A DNA stretch of 64,000 nucleotides from a virus (taxonomy: Duplodnaviria; Heunggongvirae; Uroviricota; Caudoviricetes): positions 779 to 64,778 of IMG/VR virus record IMGVR_UViG_3300017565_000017, one strand, 5' to 3'. Every line of letters starts with the position of its first letter. Positions within the stretch are counted from its first letter, which is position 1. The position numbers and the translations under genes are program-made. Positions 53,107 to 62,684 of this stretch are shown one piece after another. The notes under the pieces were generated by a model. The model did not search any database, was not told where the DNA came from, and saw only the letters and a list, made by a program, of their open reading frames with translations.

Positions 53107-55179
53107 ATGCCCTATAGCTTCGTGGGACTCGGGGGAACCCGAGTTCAAAACGACCTGCGCACAATGGGTGCGTTTTCTGGAACGTCCACCAACATTCTCA
53201 CAACCGGCAATGCTCCTTATGTCGGTGGCAACGCGCTGAACGTGCATTCCGCTGGAACTGCTGGCACTGCGGTGCCCGGTTCTGTCGCGGATTATTTCTG
53301 CTACCAGATGACCACCAAGACAAGTGCAGAGCTTTACGCACAGGGTGGATGGGGTTGTTCGTGGAAGGCGATGAGTTGGATCAACAATTCCGTTACTACC
53401 AATCTCACGTGGGATGGTCAAAATTATTGGCTGCCCACAACTAGCACGGTTTCCGGAAATTGGATCGGTAAAAGTCCAGACGGAAAAAGCTGGAATTTCG
53501 TGCAGATCGTGGGCGCGCAATCTCAGTTCACAACCCCAAGTGGCGGGATCGCCCTAAACGGTGTGTTTGGATATATCGACAGAGTTGGAGCGGCTGCCGT
53601 TGTTCGATACATGAGCGGCATGTCTATGGGAGCCACCACTATTGCGGTATCGGGCAACATTTCCGCGCGCAGCGGGTATGCCTCTGATACGCACGCGGTT
53701 TTTGTTGGCAATAGCGCTATCTGGGTGGCTACTGACATGTCAGGTCCGTGGACTCGGATTAACACCGCGTCTGGCGGTCTAATGAGTGTGACCAACATAC
53801 CAGGAACGTCAACTTGGCTTGTTGCAGGTGGTGCCGGAAACATTTGGCGATCTACCGATAATTTTGCCACCGATCCTACATCGGTTGTTGTGGGTGTAGC
53901 TTCGTTTGCCAGTGTGGCAAGTTCTGGCACTTCCGCGATCATTACATCTACCACCAGCTATCGATCTACCGACGAAGGACTCACGTGGAACCCCATTACG
54001 TTCACCACGAATCCAAGCTCGTGCTTGGTAGCCTATGGCAACGGGAGATACGTTGTTTCTTCTGTGAACGGCACGACCATTCAGGTTAGTAATGATGACG
54101 GAGTTACGTGGGCGAACGCCGTGTCTCCGTTCCCTACACTTACGCGTTACGGAAACTTTTTCAATGCGGGTGCTACTGACGGTCTGAAGTTTCAGAATGG
54201 CCGTTTCTGGCTATGCGCTTCCAATCAAGAAAACAACAACTCACAGAACAACTATCTGCTTGCTAGTTCCGCAGATGGTTTGAACTGGGAATTGCATGTG
54301 TCTGTGCCACCGGGTGTTGCGAGTGGCACCGCCACCGCTTCTTGCCAAGGCGTATTTGCGGCGCAGAACGTGAGCGGTACACCGACGAATGCGAACACTT
54401 CTGTTGGTCTGGGGCTGAACGCATTTCCACCACTCACGCAAAACCATTACCCCACGTGGGTTGTGAACAATGCAGTGGTAGGTACAGGTGCACCAACGCA
54501 AACGCTTGGCGTGAATCAATGGCACGAGTATCAAATCTTCGGACGTCCGGCGACAACTACGAACGAATGGAACATCACGTTTATCATTGATGGGACCGCA
54601 TACGGCCCGTTTGCGACAACCACGTTTGCCGCGAAATCAACGATGCCGCTGTGGTTCATGTTGGGTCGCGGCAACTTCTTCACGATCACGAGCGATATCG
54701 TTTTCTACGATTTCCCGCTTGCGCAAGACCCGGGGCTGTTGGGGCCTGATCTGCGTGTCTACTACGATCAACCGGCAACGGATGTGGCGGTAGAGTGGAA
54801 TCCTTCCATTGATGGCGCGATGAACGCTGAGATGGTGGCAGTCACCAGCATCACGAACGCGCAAACCTACGTGAGTGAAGCGGGTGCGCCGAAGACGGAT
54901 CAGTACACGATCCAAGAAACGGCGGTGCCTATCGGGTTCACCGTGCTTTCCACCAAGAACGAAGCGTATTTCTCGCGCATGCAGTCGGTTTCGACAGACG
55001 TATCAATCGGCGTTGAAGTTGATGGCGTGATTTCCGATGCTACGCCGCAAACTGTGGCATCGCCGGTGGGTTCGTGGACCTACGTATCGCAGACCGTGGA
55101 CAACAATCCGCAATCGGGCACTGCCTGGACGCGCCAGAAACTTAACGAAGCGCAGATGCGAATTCGCCGCACCAGCTAA
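53107..55179 (+). CDS. Asp-box beta-propeller adhesin paralogue (start moved to ATG 53107)
   Basis: AAGGT SD; SPDGKSW, STDEGLTW, SNDDGVTW, SADGLNW. Confidence 0.75.
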   Translation: MPYSFVGLGGTRVQNDLRTMGAFSGTSTNILTTGNAPYVGGNALNVHSAGTAGTAVPGSVADYFCYQMTTKTSAELYAQGGWGCSWKAMSWINNSVTTNLTWDGQNYWLPTTSTVSGNWIGKSPDGKSWNFVQIVGAQSQFTTPSGGIALNGVFGYIDRVGAAAVVRYMSGMSMGATTIAVSGNISARSGYASDTHAVFVGNSAIWVATDMSGPWTRINTASGGLMSVTNIPGTSTWLVAGGAGNIWRSTDNFATDPTSVVVGVASFASVASSGTSAIITSTTSYRSTDEGLTWNPITFTTNPSSCLVAYGNGRYVVSSVNGTTIQVSNDDGVTWANAVSPFPTLTRYGNFFNAGATDGLKFQNGRFWLCASNQENNNSQNNYLLASSADGLNWELHVSVPPGVASGTATASCQGVFAAQNVSGTPTNANTSVGLGLNAFPPLTQNHYPTWVVNNAVVGTGAPTQTLGVNQWHEYQIFGRPATTTNEWNITFIIDGTAYGPFATTTFAAKSTMPLWFMLGRGNFFTITSDIVFYDFPLAQDPGLLGPDLRVYYDQPATDVAVEWNPSIDGAMNAEMVAVTSITNAQTYVSEAGAPKTDQYTIQETAVPIGFTVLSTKNEAYFSRMQSVSTDVSIGVEVDGVISDATPQTVASPVGSWTYVSQTVDNNPQSGTAWTRQKLNEAQMRIRRTS

Positions 55180-55190
55180 AGGGGGAAATC

Positions 55191-55793
55191 ATGGCTGACG
55201 TGAAATCCTCTGCGGTATGGACGGAACTCGTTCTAGAAGAAGTCCCGCAACTGAATGGTGTGCGCGTTGAAGTTCTGGCGCTTGATACGTCATTCGTTCC
55301 GTTGCCTGAAGTACGTTCAACCATCGTTGGTCGGCATGCGCTAGTACAGGCACAGCAAACTATCGAATACAACGGTGTACGTGTCGAAGTGCTTGCCGAC
55401 GACACGACGTTTGTTCCGCTGCCGAATTCGAAGGCATCTGTAGCTGGACGGTCTACGCTGGCACGTGCACCGACGCAGATTCCGGTGAATCGCTACGCCG
55501 TGGAAGTGCTGGCAGAAACGGACTTGCCGCCTATCCCTGCCGCACGTGCAAAAGCGCTGGAACTCGACGTGGTGTTTGAAGAAATTCCGACACCGCCAGT
55601 CAACATCTACACCGTCGAAGTTCTAGCAGGTTCCAGCTTCGAACCCGAAGCGCAAAATTTTATGGTGGAAGTTCTTGCGAACGACACGACCCCAAACAGC
55701 ATCAGCCGATACGTGGTGGAAATTCTCGCGGACTCTACCGATCCGGTAAACCTGACGGGCCAACAAATCGTGTGGTTCTTCAGCATTCGATAA
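55191..55793 (+). CDS. VEVLA-repeat adaptor/chaperone-like protein (200 aa)
   Basis: Several VEVLA repeats; paralogue of the 58603 protein. Confidence 0.7.
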   Translation: MADVKSSAVWTELVLEEVPQLNGVRVEVLALDTSFVPLPEVRSTIVGRHALVQAQQTIEYNGVRVEVLADDTTFVPLPNSKASVAGRSTLARAPTQIPVNRYAVEVLAETDLPPIPAARAKALELDVVFEEIPTPPVNIYTVEVLAGSSFEPEAQNFMVEVLANDTTPNSISRYVVEILADSTDPVNLTGQQIVWFFSIR

Positions 55794-55800
55794 GGCATAC

Positions 55801-55829
55801 GCGGGGGACTAAACACCCCCCGCTTTTTT
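55801..55829 (+). terminator. Intrinsic terminator
   Basis: GCGGGGG-ACTAAACA-CCCCCCGC-TTTTTT. Confidence 0.75.
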
Positions 55830-55839
55830 CGAGGGAATT

Positions 55840-58590
55840 ATGCCCTATACCTACTATGAAAGCTTTGGCAACGCCAAGGTCACAAACGATCTGAGCACGC
55901 GAGGGTATTACGTCGGATCGGCGGGGCGCACTCGCATCACTCGTCCGATGCCCTACGGCGGCGCAGCTATCGGCGTTCTCACTCCCAGCGCCGCAATAAC
56001 CCAACCGGGCGCGAGCGCGAACGATCCGTTTTGCGCAAACCTGAGCGGCAAAACCATGTCCGAACTTTGGGCGTCTGGTGGATTCGCCTGCTATTGGCGC
56101 GGCGTGAACTGGATTCCTACATCTGCGCAATGTATGCCGTTGTGGATGAATGATCAATGGGTGTGGCCCGTCACATCCGCCCTCACAGGTTCGTACATCG
56201 GCACGAGTCCTGACAATCAGAAGTGGACGTTTTCAACGATTGGCGGCGCGCAAAACGTGTCCGCCGTTTCCCGTCCTGTTGCGCGTAGCAATCCAGTCTA
56301 TGACTCGACTACGGGTCAAATGATGTGGCTGGACCAACTCGCAAACAACAACCTTGTGTGCCGCTACGGAACTCCTGCTCTTGGTTTTTCTGAGCAACTT
56401 GTGTTTGCAAGCACGAGCGCGCAAGCTGTGTGGTACGGCATGCTGAGCGATGGCGGCATCACTGTTGCTTTCGGGCAAGATGGAACGTTCAATCGTCTCA
56501 TCAAATCAACCAACGGCGGTGCAGGTCCGTGGACACTGGTCAGCACTGGTGGCAACGTGATCATGATTTCCGCGTGCCGTAGTCAGGTGAATCCTGATGC
56601 ATGGTTGTTTGCTGTCGAATCGAGCGGTTATTACCTGTCTCTTGATAACGCGGGCACCACCGCGTTTTCTGGCATTACTGGTGTATCAGCGCCACGCGCA
56701 TTCGCTTCGTCGCCTACCAGCGTCGTTGCAGTTGGCACTGGTGGATCAATCGCACGGTGCACAACGTCCACGATGCTTTCATCAGAATGGGTGGCATCCA
56801 CGATTACGCCAGCGCCGGGCAACATCGTTTATCGCACCGTCGCGTACGGCAATGGCGTTTACGTCGCTATCGGTGATAACGCAACGGCAGCAGTAAGCAC
56901 CGACGACGGGATCACGTGGCAAAACATTTCGCCGTTCGCGGGATTCACCACTTCCAGCGTTGCTTATGGCGCTTCGGGTTTGTCGTTCCAGAATGGCAAA
57001 TTCGTGCTTGTCGTTGTTGATGGAACTGTTGTTGCGGAATCCGTGGATGGTGTGACTTGGAACGTAGTGGGCTTCTACTACAGTTCGTCGCTGGGCGGTT
57101 CTAGCGATATCAACCCGATCACCGGCGTTTTCATCGCGCAGCAACCCAGCGGTACGCCGGTTAGCGCCGCAGGACAAACCGGGTTCACCATTGGCGGGAC
57201 GATCACGCAGACTTCGCTATATACGGCGTATCGAATGAATCAGACCGTATCTCAGACGACGTTTCCGCCTGTTGGGGTGAATCAATGGCATGAATTTCAA
57301 ACCGTGTGGCGTCCCACCGGAACATCTGGTCTTAGTTGGATCATTACGATGGTTCTGGACGATGTTCCGGTAACGTCGGTTGCTATTGATATGAACGCAA
57401 CGCAGGCCGCAGGTTATCCGTGGTTCAACATGAGCCGTCGTGCGGTGTTCACGAACATCGGTGCGCTCGTGATGTACGAATTCGAAGGAACTTCGGATCA
57501 GACGGTTCTAGGCCCCGATCTTCGCATCTACGATTCTGCGCCAACATCAGATGATGAGACGGAGTGGAATCCGCTGAATGCCACGTTGTCGAATGCGCAA
57601 AACATAGCAACGGGAACGGTGACGAACCCGGCAACCTATGTGAGCGAATCGGGCGCAAACAAAGTGGACCAGTACAACGTTTCCAACACCGCGCCGTCGC
57701 TTGCAAAAGTGCTGTCGGTCAAGAATGAAGCGTTTTTCTCGCGCATGCTGAACAACCCGGCGTACGTGCAGGTCGGCACGGAGTATTCGGGAATCGACAC
57801 GGATTCGATGCCCATACAGGCAGTTGCACCCGTGAATTCGTTCAACTACGTGTCGCAGGTTTTGGCAACAAATCCCGTGACAGGCAATCCGTGGACTCCG
57901 GCGCAACTTTCGAGCGCACGATTTCGGGTCAAGCGTGCGGACAGCACACCCATCACGACGATGCTCGTGCATGCGGATACGCAAACCGGCAACAGCACGC
58001 CGTATGCGATCAACGTTGGTGGCGGCACGAACGCGCTGCTAGGTTCTGCTGCGGTGATCACCACTGATTCGAAATTCGGCACAGGATGTTTGCAAATCCC
58101 TTCGGGTTCGAGTTGTGCGTTTTCTGGTGCATTCGGTGGCCCAGGTAATGGCCTAGGTCTGTACGACTGGACGATTGAATGCTTCGTGAAAACTACATCC
58201 ACCGCTAACTCTGTCATGTGGTCTATGGACACCGCAGCTTTCGGCAGTAGCTTCGGCGGAATCCTGATGGCAACTTCAGGACTGTTTGTGTCGAATTCTG
58301 GAACAGCCTGGGATTTGTCCGTTCCTGCGTCATTCAATAACGGCCAGTGGCGACACGTTGCTGTATGTCGTCTGGGGTCGTTGTTCTATGTGTGGGTGGA
58401 TGGTAATCCGGCCAGTGGATCACCAGCGGTTAACGCAGGCCCAATCAGTCAGCGCGGCAACGTCGGTGTGCTTTCGTTCGGCTCTACTTCTGGCAACGTG
58501 TGGCCCGGCCTGATTGACGAAATCCGGGTTTCGCGCGGTTGTCGTTACACCACCGCATTCACACCGCCCACCGCACCATTCACATCGTAA
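55840..58590 (+). CDS. Asp-box beta-propeller adhesin with an added C-terminal LamG/ConA-like lectin domain (916 aa)
   Basis: STDDGITW, SVDGVTW; shared domain; then WTIECFVK..WRHVAVCR..YVWVDG..IDEIRVSRG.RYT..FTPPTAPF. Confidence 0.8.
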   Translation: MPYTYYESFGNAKVTNDLSTRGYYVGSAGRTRITRPMPYGGAAIGVLTPSAAITQPGASANDPFCANLSGKTMSELWASGGFACYWRGVNWIPTSAQCMPLWMNDQWVWPVTSALTGSYIGTSPDNQKWTFSTIGGAQNVSAVSRPVARSNPVYDSTTGQMMWLDQLANNNLVCRYGTPALGFSEQLVFASTSAQAVWYGMLSDGGITVAFGQDGTFNRLIKSTNGGAGPWTLVSTGGNVIMISACRSQVNPDAWLFAVESSGYYLSLDNAGTTAFSGITGVSAPRAFASSPTSVVAVGTGGSIARCTTSTMLSSEWVASTITPAPGNIVYRTVAYGNGVYVAIGDNATAAVSTDDGITWQNISPFAGFTTSSVAYGASGLSFQNGKFVLVVVDGTVVAESVDGVTWNVVGFYYSSSLGGSSDINPITGVFIAQQPSGTPVSAAGQTGFTIGGTITQTSLYTAYRMNQTVSQTTFPPVGVNQWHEFQTVWRPTGTSGLSWIITMVLDDVPVTSVAIDMNATQAAGYPWFNMSRRAVFTNIGALVMYEFEGTSDQTVLGPDLRIYDSAPTSDDETEWNPLNATLSNAQNIATGTVTNPATYVSESGANKVDQYNVSNTAPSLAKVLSVKNEAFFSRMLNNPAYVQVGTEYSGIDTDSMPIQAVAPVNSFNYVSQVLATNPVTGNPWTPAQLSSARFRVKRADSTPITTMLVHADTQTGNSTPYAINVGGGTNALLGSAAVITTDSKFGTGCLQIPSGSSCAFSGAFGGPGNGLGLYDWTIECFVKTTSTANSVMWSMDTAAFGSSFGGILMATSGLFVSNSGTAWDLSVPASFNNGQWRHVAVCRLGSLFYVWVDGNPASGSPAVNAGPISQRGNVGVLSFGSTSGNVWPGLIDEIRVSRGCRYTTAFTPPTAPFTS

Positions 58591-58602
58591 AGGGGAAACG
58601 TT

Positions 58603-59205
58603 ATGGCTGACGCATCCCTATTTGCGATCAATGAAGAAGTGCTGTTGACCGAAACAATTCCTGCAAACGGGTTCCGTGTCGAAGTGCTCGCGCTCGACAC
58701 GACGTTTATCCCGTTTCAGGAATTGAAAGCGGTAGCGGCGAATCGTCAGGTGCTGGTGCAGATTGTTGAACCGAAAGACGTGAACGCGTTCATGGTCGAA
58801 GTTCTGGCCGATGACACCGGGTTCGTTTTTCCGGACGATCTGAAAGCAACATCAGCAGCACGTCAGACGCTAATTGCAATGCCGTTTGCACGTCCATTGA
58901 ATTCGTATCGTGTCGAAGTTTTGGCCGAAACAGTCCTAGAACCGCTGCCTGCTGCGTCAGTATTTGCGCTTGACGAAGAAATCATTGCTGTCGAAAAGCC
59001 CACGCCACCGGTCAACAATTACGCAATTGAGGTTTTGGCGCAGGGCGCCTTTGAGCCCGAAATCAACACCCTAGTTGTGGAAGTTTTGGGCGATGACACC
59101 ACTCCGAATTCTGTCCAGCGTTACGCAGTAGAAGTTCTCGGGGATTCTACAGATGACGTTGCGCTGACGAATCAGCAAATCGTTTGGTTCTTCAACATTA
59201 GGTAA
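58603..59205 (+). CDS. VEVLA-repeat adaptor/chaperone-like paralogue (200 aa)
   Basis: Same length as the 55191 protein; both end QQIVWFF.IR. Confidence 0.7.
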   Translation: MADASLFAINEEVLLTETIPANGFRVEVLALDTTFIPFQELKAVAANRQVLVQIVEPKDVNAFMVEVLADDTGFVFPDDLKATSAARQTLIAMPFARPLNSYRVEVLAETVLEPLPAASVFALDEEIIAVEKPTPPVNNYAIEVLAQGAFEPEINTLVVEVLGDDTTPNSVQRYAVEVLGDSTDDVALTNQQIVWFFNIR

Positions 59206-59216
59206 AAGGAAACATC

Positions 59217-59510
59217 ATGCTTTACGAAGGCTTCGATAAAGAAGAGCTCCGCACACTAATCCAATATTTAGACGAACCTGTGGCGATTGCCAATCGGATC
59301 TTAACTACTGAAGACATTGAAGATCCAGAATATTTTCACGGTTGGATTTTTGAGCCGGAATGGTATTCGACCCAAGTGATTTCTTGGGGTCCAGGTGCCG
59401 TCAGCTCCAATACTTCAGTACTTCAGCGCCTAGTACCCCCTATGGGTTGGGTTCCAGCACCAGTTCCAGAGCCTAAGGATCTAACTCCAGAAGACTCAAG
59501 TGAAGTTTAA
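59217..59510 (+). CDS. Hypothetical acidic protein (97 aa)
   Basis: AAGGA SD. Confidence 0.65.
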   Translation: MLYEGFDKEELRTLIQYLDEPVAIANRILTTEDIEDPEYFHGWIFEPEWYSTQVISWGPGAVSSNTSVLQRLVPPMGWVPAPVPEPKDLTPEDSSEV

Positions 59511-59662
59511 TATGTCACTGGACCCCGGCCTTAATCATACACACTCAGTATGAACCAGGGCTTCTACAGATTCTTCTCCCCACTAACCATACGTGTTACC
59601 GTTCTATGAATGGTACTAGGTTCCCCGGTGAAGATTAAACCTCATAGAAGAGAGACTCATGT

Positions 59663-59995
59663 ATGATTAATGTCTTGACCCACGCTTCATCGAGACCTCC
59701 TCGAAGGGAAGATTCGACCTTGATCCTTCCCGATACCAATTATGACATGAGTTCCTATTCTTACACGGAATATCATTTGGATCAGGATCGGGTGCTTACG
59801 TGTCAGGCTACTCAACTGCTGATACTCCAAGCATCTGATCCTGTCACCGTAGTTGTGACCCAGGCTACTGGAACTGTTACGTTTGACGTAAAGAATCTCC
59901 TCATAACGGACATTCCAATGGTTAGCTTTACGGTAGCCGTTGCCGATAACGTAGAGTCCGACATCCGCATGTTTCATAAGGCGCTCGTGTCTTAA
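59663..59995 (+). CDS. Hypothetical beta-rich protein (110 aa)
   Basis: Pattern similar to the middle of the 60011 protein. Confidence 0.6.
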   Translation: MINVLTHASSRPPRREDSTLILPDTNYDMSSYSYTEYHLDQDRVLTCQATQLLILQASDPVTVVVTQATGTVTFDVKNLLITDIPMVSFTVAVADNVESDIRMFHKALVS

Positions 59996-60010
59996 CTTAT
60001 AGGTATACAC

Positions 60011-60568
60011 ATGGCTACATCATCTATTTCTCTATCCGCGAGCCCCGCCCGTCACTCACTGATGATGCAGGTGGATGTTGGTACAGCAACTGCCCAGCTC
60101 CGTCGCAATATCGGACTTTTCAGTGCAAATTACAGCTCTGCTAAAGCGATCACCAATTCTTATCTGGAACTCCAGCCCGGTGAGAGCATTACAGGCCCTA
60201 TGACCAGCGGGTTGTTTATAAAGACGAACAAAGTTCTAACCTTTTACGCGGAACGCCCGAATCCAGACCCTCCAATTTCGTACGTGATTAACCAGCTGAG
60301 TTTTGTCGATTACGAAATTACTACATTCACTATAACCAATTCAACGTTGGATTTAGCGATTGTCCAACTCTCGTACGCGTCTATTGTACCTCAATTGAAC
60401 GAGAATCCAATCACAGCCCCAGTTCTTACTGTCAACGGCCAAGCGCCGGACGCCAGTGGCAATGTAGTAGTGGACACTGGAGTTATGACTGTGAACAGCA
60501 TCGTCCCTGGCTCTCAGGGTATCCCCGGTGACGTGAACGTTACTGATGAAGGCACCTATCAGAACTAA
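60011..60568 (+). CDS. Tail-fibre-associated protein (185 aa)
   Basis: TVNGQAPDASGNV repeat; C-terminal DEGTY like the fibre ends DQGTF/DEGTF. Confidence 0.65.
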   Translation: MATSSISLSASPARHSLMMQVDVGTATAQLRRNIGLFSANYSSAKAITNSYLELQPGESITGPMTSGLFIKTNKVLTFYAERPNPDPPISYVINQLSFVDYEITTFTITNSTLDLAIVQLSYASIVPQLNENPITAPVLTVNGQAPDASGNVVVDTGVMTVNSIVPGSQGIPGDVNVTDEGTYQN

Positions 60569-60577
60569 AGGAAAATC

Positions 60578-61780
60578 ATGGCTAATAAATTTCTACATTT
60601 GCGCTCTGGGATTCAGGGTACGGCTCCTACACCGGCTCAAATTGAGGTCGGTCAGATCGCGATGAACTACAATGATGAATATCTATTCATCTTGAATTCG
60701 GCTGGCGAAGTGGTCGTGATCAGTAGCGCTGCCTCCGTTACCCGTGCCGACTCGTCTGTGGTAAGCGTAAACACTGTACTCCCGAATTCTTCGGGTGCGC
60801 TTACGTTGGCTCCAGCGGACATCGGTGCTAACGGGGTGGTTCCAATTAATGGCTCTGGTAAGATTGACACGCAATATCTACCAGAAGCTCTGGTAGGTGC
60901 TGTCACGTACCAAGGCACTTGGGACGCCTCCGCCAATACACCGACACTCGACGATCCCACTACAGTGAAAGGATGGTACTACGTCGTAACTACGGCAGGT
61001 ACTCAGTTCGGTAACGACTACGGTGTCGGGGATTGGGTGATCAGTAATGGTATTGAATGGCAGAAGGTAGACGCCATTGACGCTGTTACGTCAGTTGCCG
61101 GAAAGACGGGCGCTGTGGTTCTGGCCGCAGGTGATATCGCCTCGGGTATTTTCGCCTCGGCTCGACTCGGCTCAAATCCAGGTAATGACTTGGTACTTAC
61201 GACGGACGGCACTGGTGCCACTGTTTGGGCCGCGAAGTCAACCTTGAGTGGCGTTACATCAGTGGGTCTTACGCTGCCTGCTGAATTCACTGTCACAGGT
61301 TCCCCAGTGACTGGAACTGGAACTCTGGCTGCTACCAAGGCGGCTCAAACCCAGAATACGGTATGGGCTGGTCCTGTTTCCGGTGCAAACGCTGCTCCGA
61401 CGTTCCGCGTTCTGGATACAGCTGATATTCCGGATCTAGACACTGCGAAAATCATCTCAGGGATATTTGACACGGCTCGACTCGGCTCAAATCCAGGTAA
61501 TGACTTGGTACTTACGACTGATGGTACTGGTGCTCCTGAGTGGGTCGCAAAAACCACATTAGGTACGGGTACAGTCACTAGCGTCGCTATGTCAGTGCCT
61601 TCCACGCTGCTCGCGGTTGGCGGTTCTCCAATCACTACTAACGGCACTCTTGCTGTGACTTTACCCGCGCGTGCTGCGAATTTGGTTTTCGCAGGTCCAA
61701 CGACTGGTGCGGATGCTGCGCCTGCGTTCCGTGCTTTGGTAGGTGATGATATCCCGACGCTAGACGAAGGTACGTTCTAA
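60578..61780 (+). CDS. Tail fibre protein with two ~105-aa internal repeats (400 aa)
   Basis: gp34-like N-terminus; YQGTWDA domain; ARLGSNPGNDLVLTTDGTG and GTVTSV repeats. Confidence 0.8.
   Translation: MANKFLHLRSGIQGTAPTPAQIEVGQIAMNYNDEYLFILNSAGEVVVISSAASVTRADSSVVSVNTVLPNSSGALTLAPADIGANGVVPINGSGKIDTQYLPEALVGAVTYQGTWDASANTPTLDDPTTVKGWYYVVTTAGTQFGNDYGVGDWVISNGIEWQKVDAIDAVTSVAGKTGAVVLAAGDIASGIFASARLGSNPGNDLVLTTDGTGATVWAAKSTLSGVTSVGLTLPAEFTVTGSPVTGTGTLAATKAAQTQNTVWAGPVSGANAAPTFRVLDTADIPDLDTAKIISGIFDTARLGSNPGNDLVLTTDGTGAPEWVAKTTLGTGTVTSVAMSVPSTLLAVGGSPITTNGTLAVTLPARAANLVFAGPTTGADAAPAFRALVGDDIPTLDEGTF
61158..61203 (+). repeat. 46-bp exact direct repeat, copy 1
   Basis: CGGCTCGACTCGGCTCAAATCCAGGTAATGACTTGGTACTTACGAC, identical at 61473-61518. 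Confidence 0.9.
61473..61518 (+). repeat. 46-bp exact direct repeat, copy 2
   Basis: 315 bp (105 codons) downstream of copy 1, in frame. Confidence 0.9.
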
Positions 61781-61793
61781 ATAAGGATGCTGT

Positions 61794-62018
61794 ATGCCTA
61801 TCTATCATCTTCTGTATAGGTCGGCCACAGCAGCAGTCGTCCCGGAAGCAGTTAACAGGCCTTCGGGACGACTTGCTATAAACACGACAGATGAACGGTT
61901 GTATTTTCGCAATACGGCGGGCACTGTCGTGGAACCTGTGCCTAGAGCCCAAGAACTCGGGCTTACTCAAGCGCAGATAGACGACTTGTTTGTGTTGGCT
62001 TCTACAATACGGGCTTAA
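61794..62018 (+). pseudogene. Truncated chimeric fibre gene (fibre N-terminus fused to a tail-assembly-type C-terminal tail)
   Basis: First ~52 aa paralogous to the 62063 protein, then QELGLTQAQIDDLFVLA; may still be expressed. Confidence 0.55.
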
Positions 62019-62062
62019 GGATCCTATCTTAGACAGACGGAGTTGTAACTTGGAGTTTTGTA

Positions 62063-62644
62063 ATGCCTATCTATCACTTATTGTATCGGACGCAAACCGC
62101 GAGCACTGTTCCGTCTGCGGTTGATATGCCTGCCGGTCGATTGGCGCTCAATACAACAGATGAGCGCATATTCTTTCGGAATACTGGTGGGTCTATAGTT
62201 GAGCCTCAGCCCCGAGCCCACACTCACACTATTTCCCAGATTACGGATCTCAACAAAGGTCTGGCTAACGGGGTAGCGTCTCTAGATGCGAACGCTCAAG
62301 TCCCACTTTCCCAGATTCCCCCGGCTCCGATTAACACCGTGGCTGGGACTTCTGTGACTATAGGGACTACCGTCGGCACGAACGTGGTGTCCGGGTACTA
62401 CACTCGATTCACCTCAGCCTCGGCGGTTACTGTCACAGTTAATACGGGTGTGGCAACCGTTGGTCAAGAATTCCATATTCGCCAAGCTGGGGCGGGCTTG
62501 GTAACTCTAGTGGCTGGATCTGGCGTAACAATCAACGTTCCATTCCAAGGGACTCTTGCTCTGGCTGGGCAAGGTGCAACTGTTACTCTGAAGTGTGTTG
62601 CCTCAAATACGTACGATTTGTTCGGACTCGTAAACGCGGCTTAA
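62063..62644 (+). CDS. Short tail fibre/spike protein (193 aa)
   Basis: gp34-like N-terminus; HTHTISQITDL metal-binding fibre motif; GVASLD; beta-sandwich tip. Confidence 0.75.
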   Translation: MPIYHLLYRTQTASTVPSAVDMPAGRLALNTTDERIFFRNTGGSIVEPQPRAHTHTISQITDLNKGLANGVASLDANAQVPLSQIPPAPINTVAGTSVTIGTTVGTNVVSGYYTRFTSASAVTVTVNTGVATVGQEFHIRQAGAGLVTLVAGSGVTINVPFQGTLALAGQGATVTLKCVASNTYDLFGLVNAA

Positions 62645-62684
62645 CACGGATAGTTTTATACTGTTACCCCTGGAAGGATTTATC

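Noticed and set aside
47670-62644. Diversity-generating retroelement or invertible shufflon acting on fibre genes
   Set aside because: No reverse transcriptase or invertase, no TR/VR pair with adenine-specific mismatches, and all adhesin genes are co-oriented with their own SDs.
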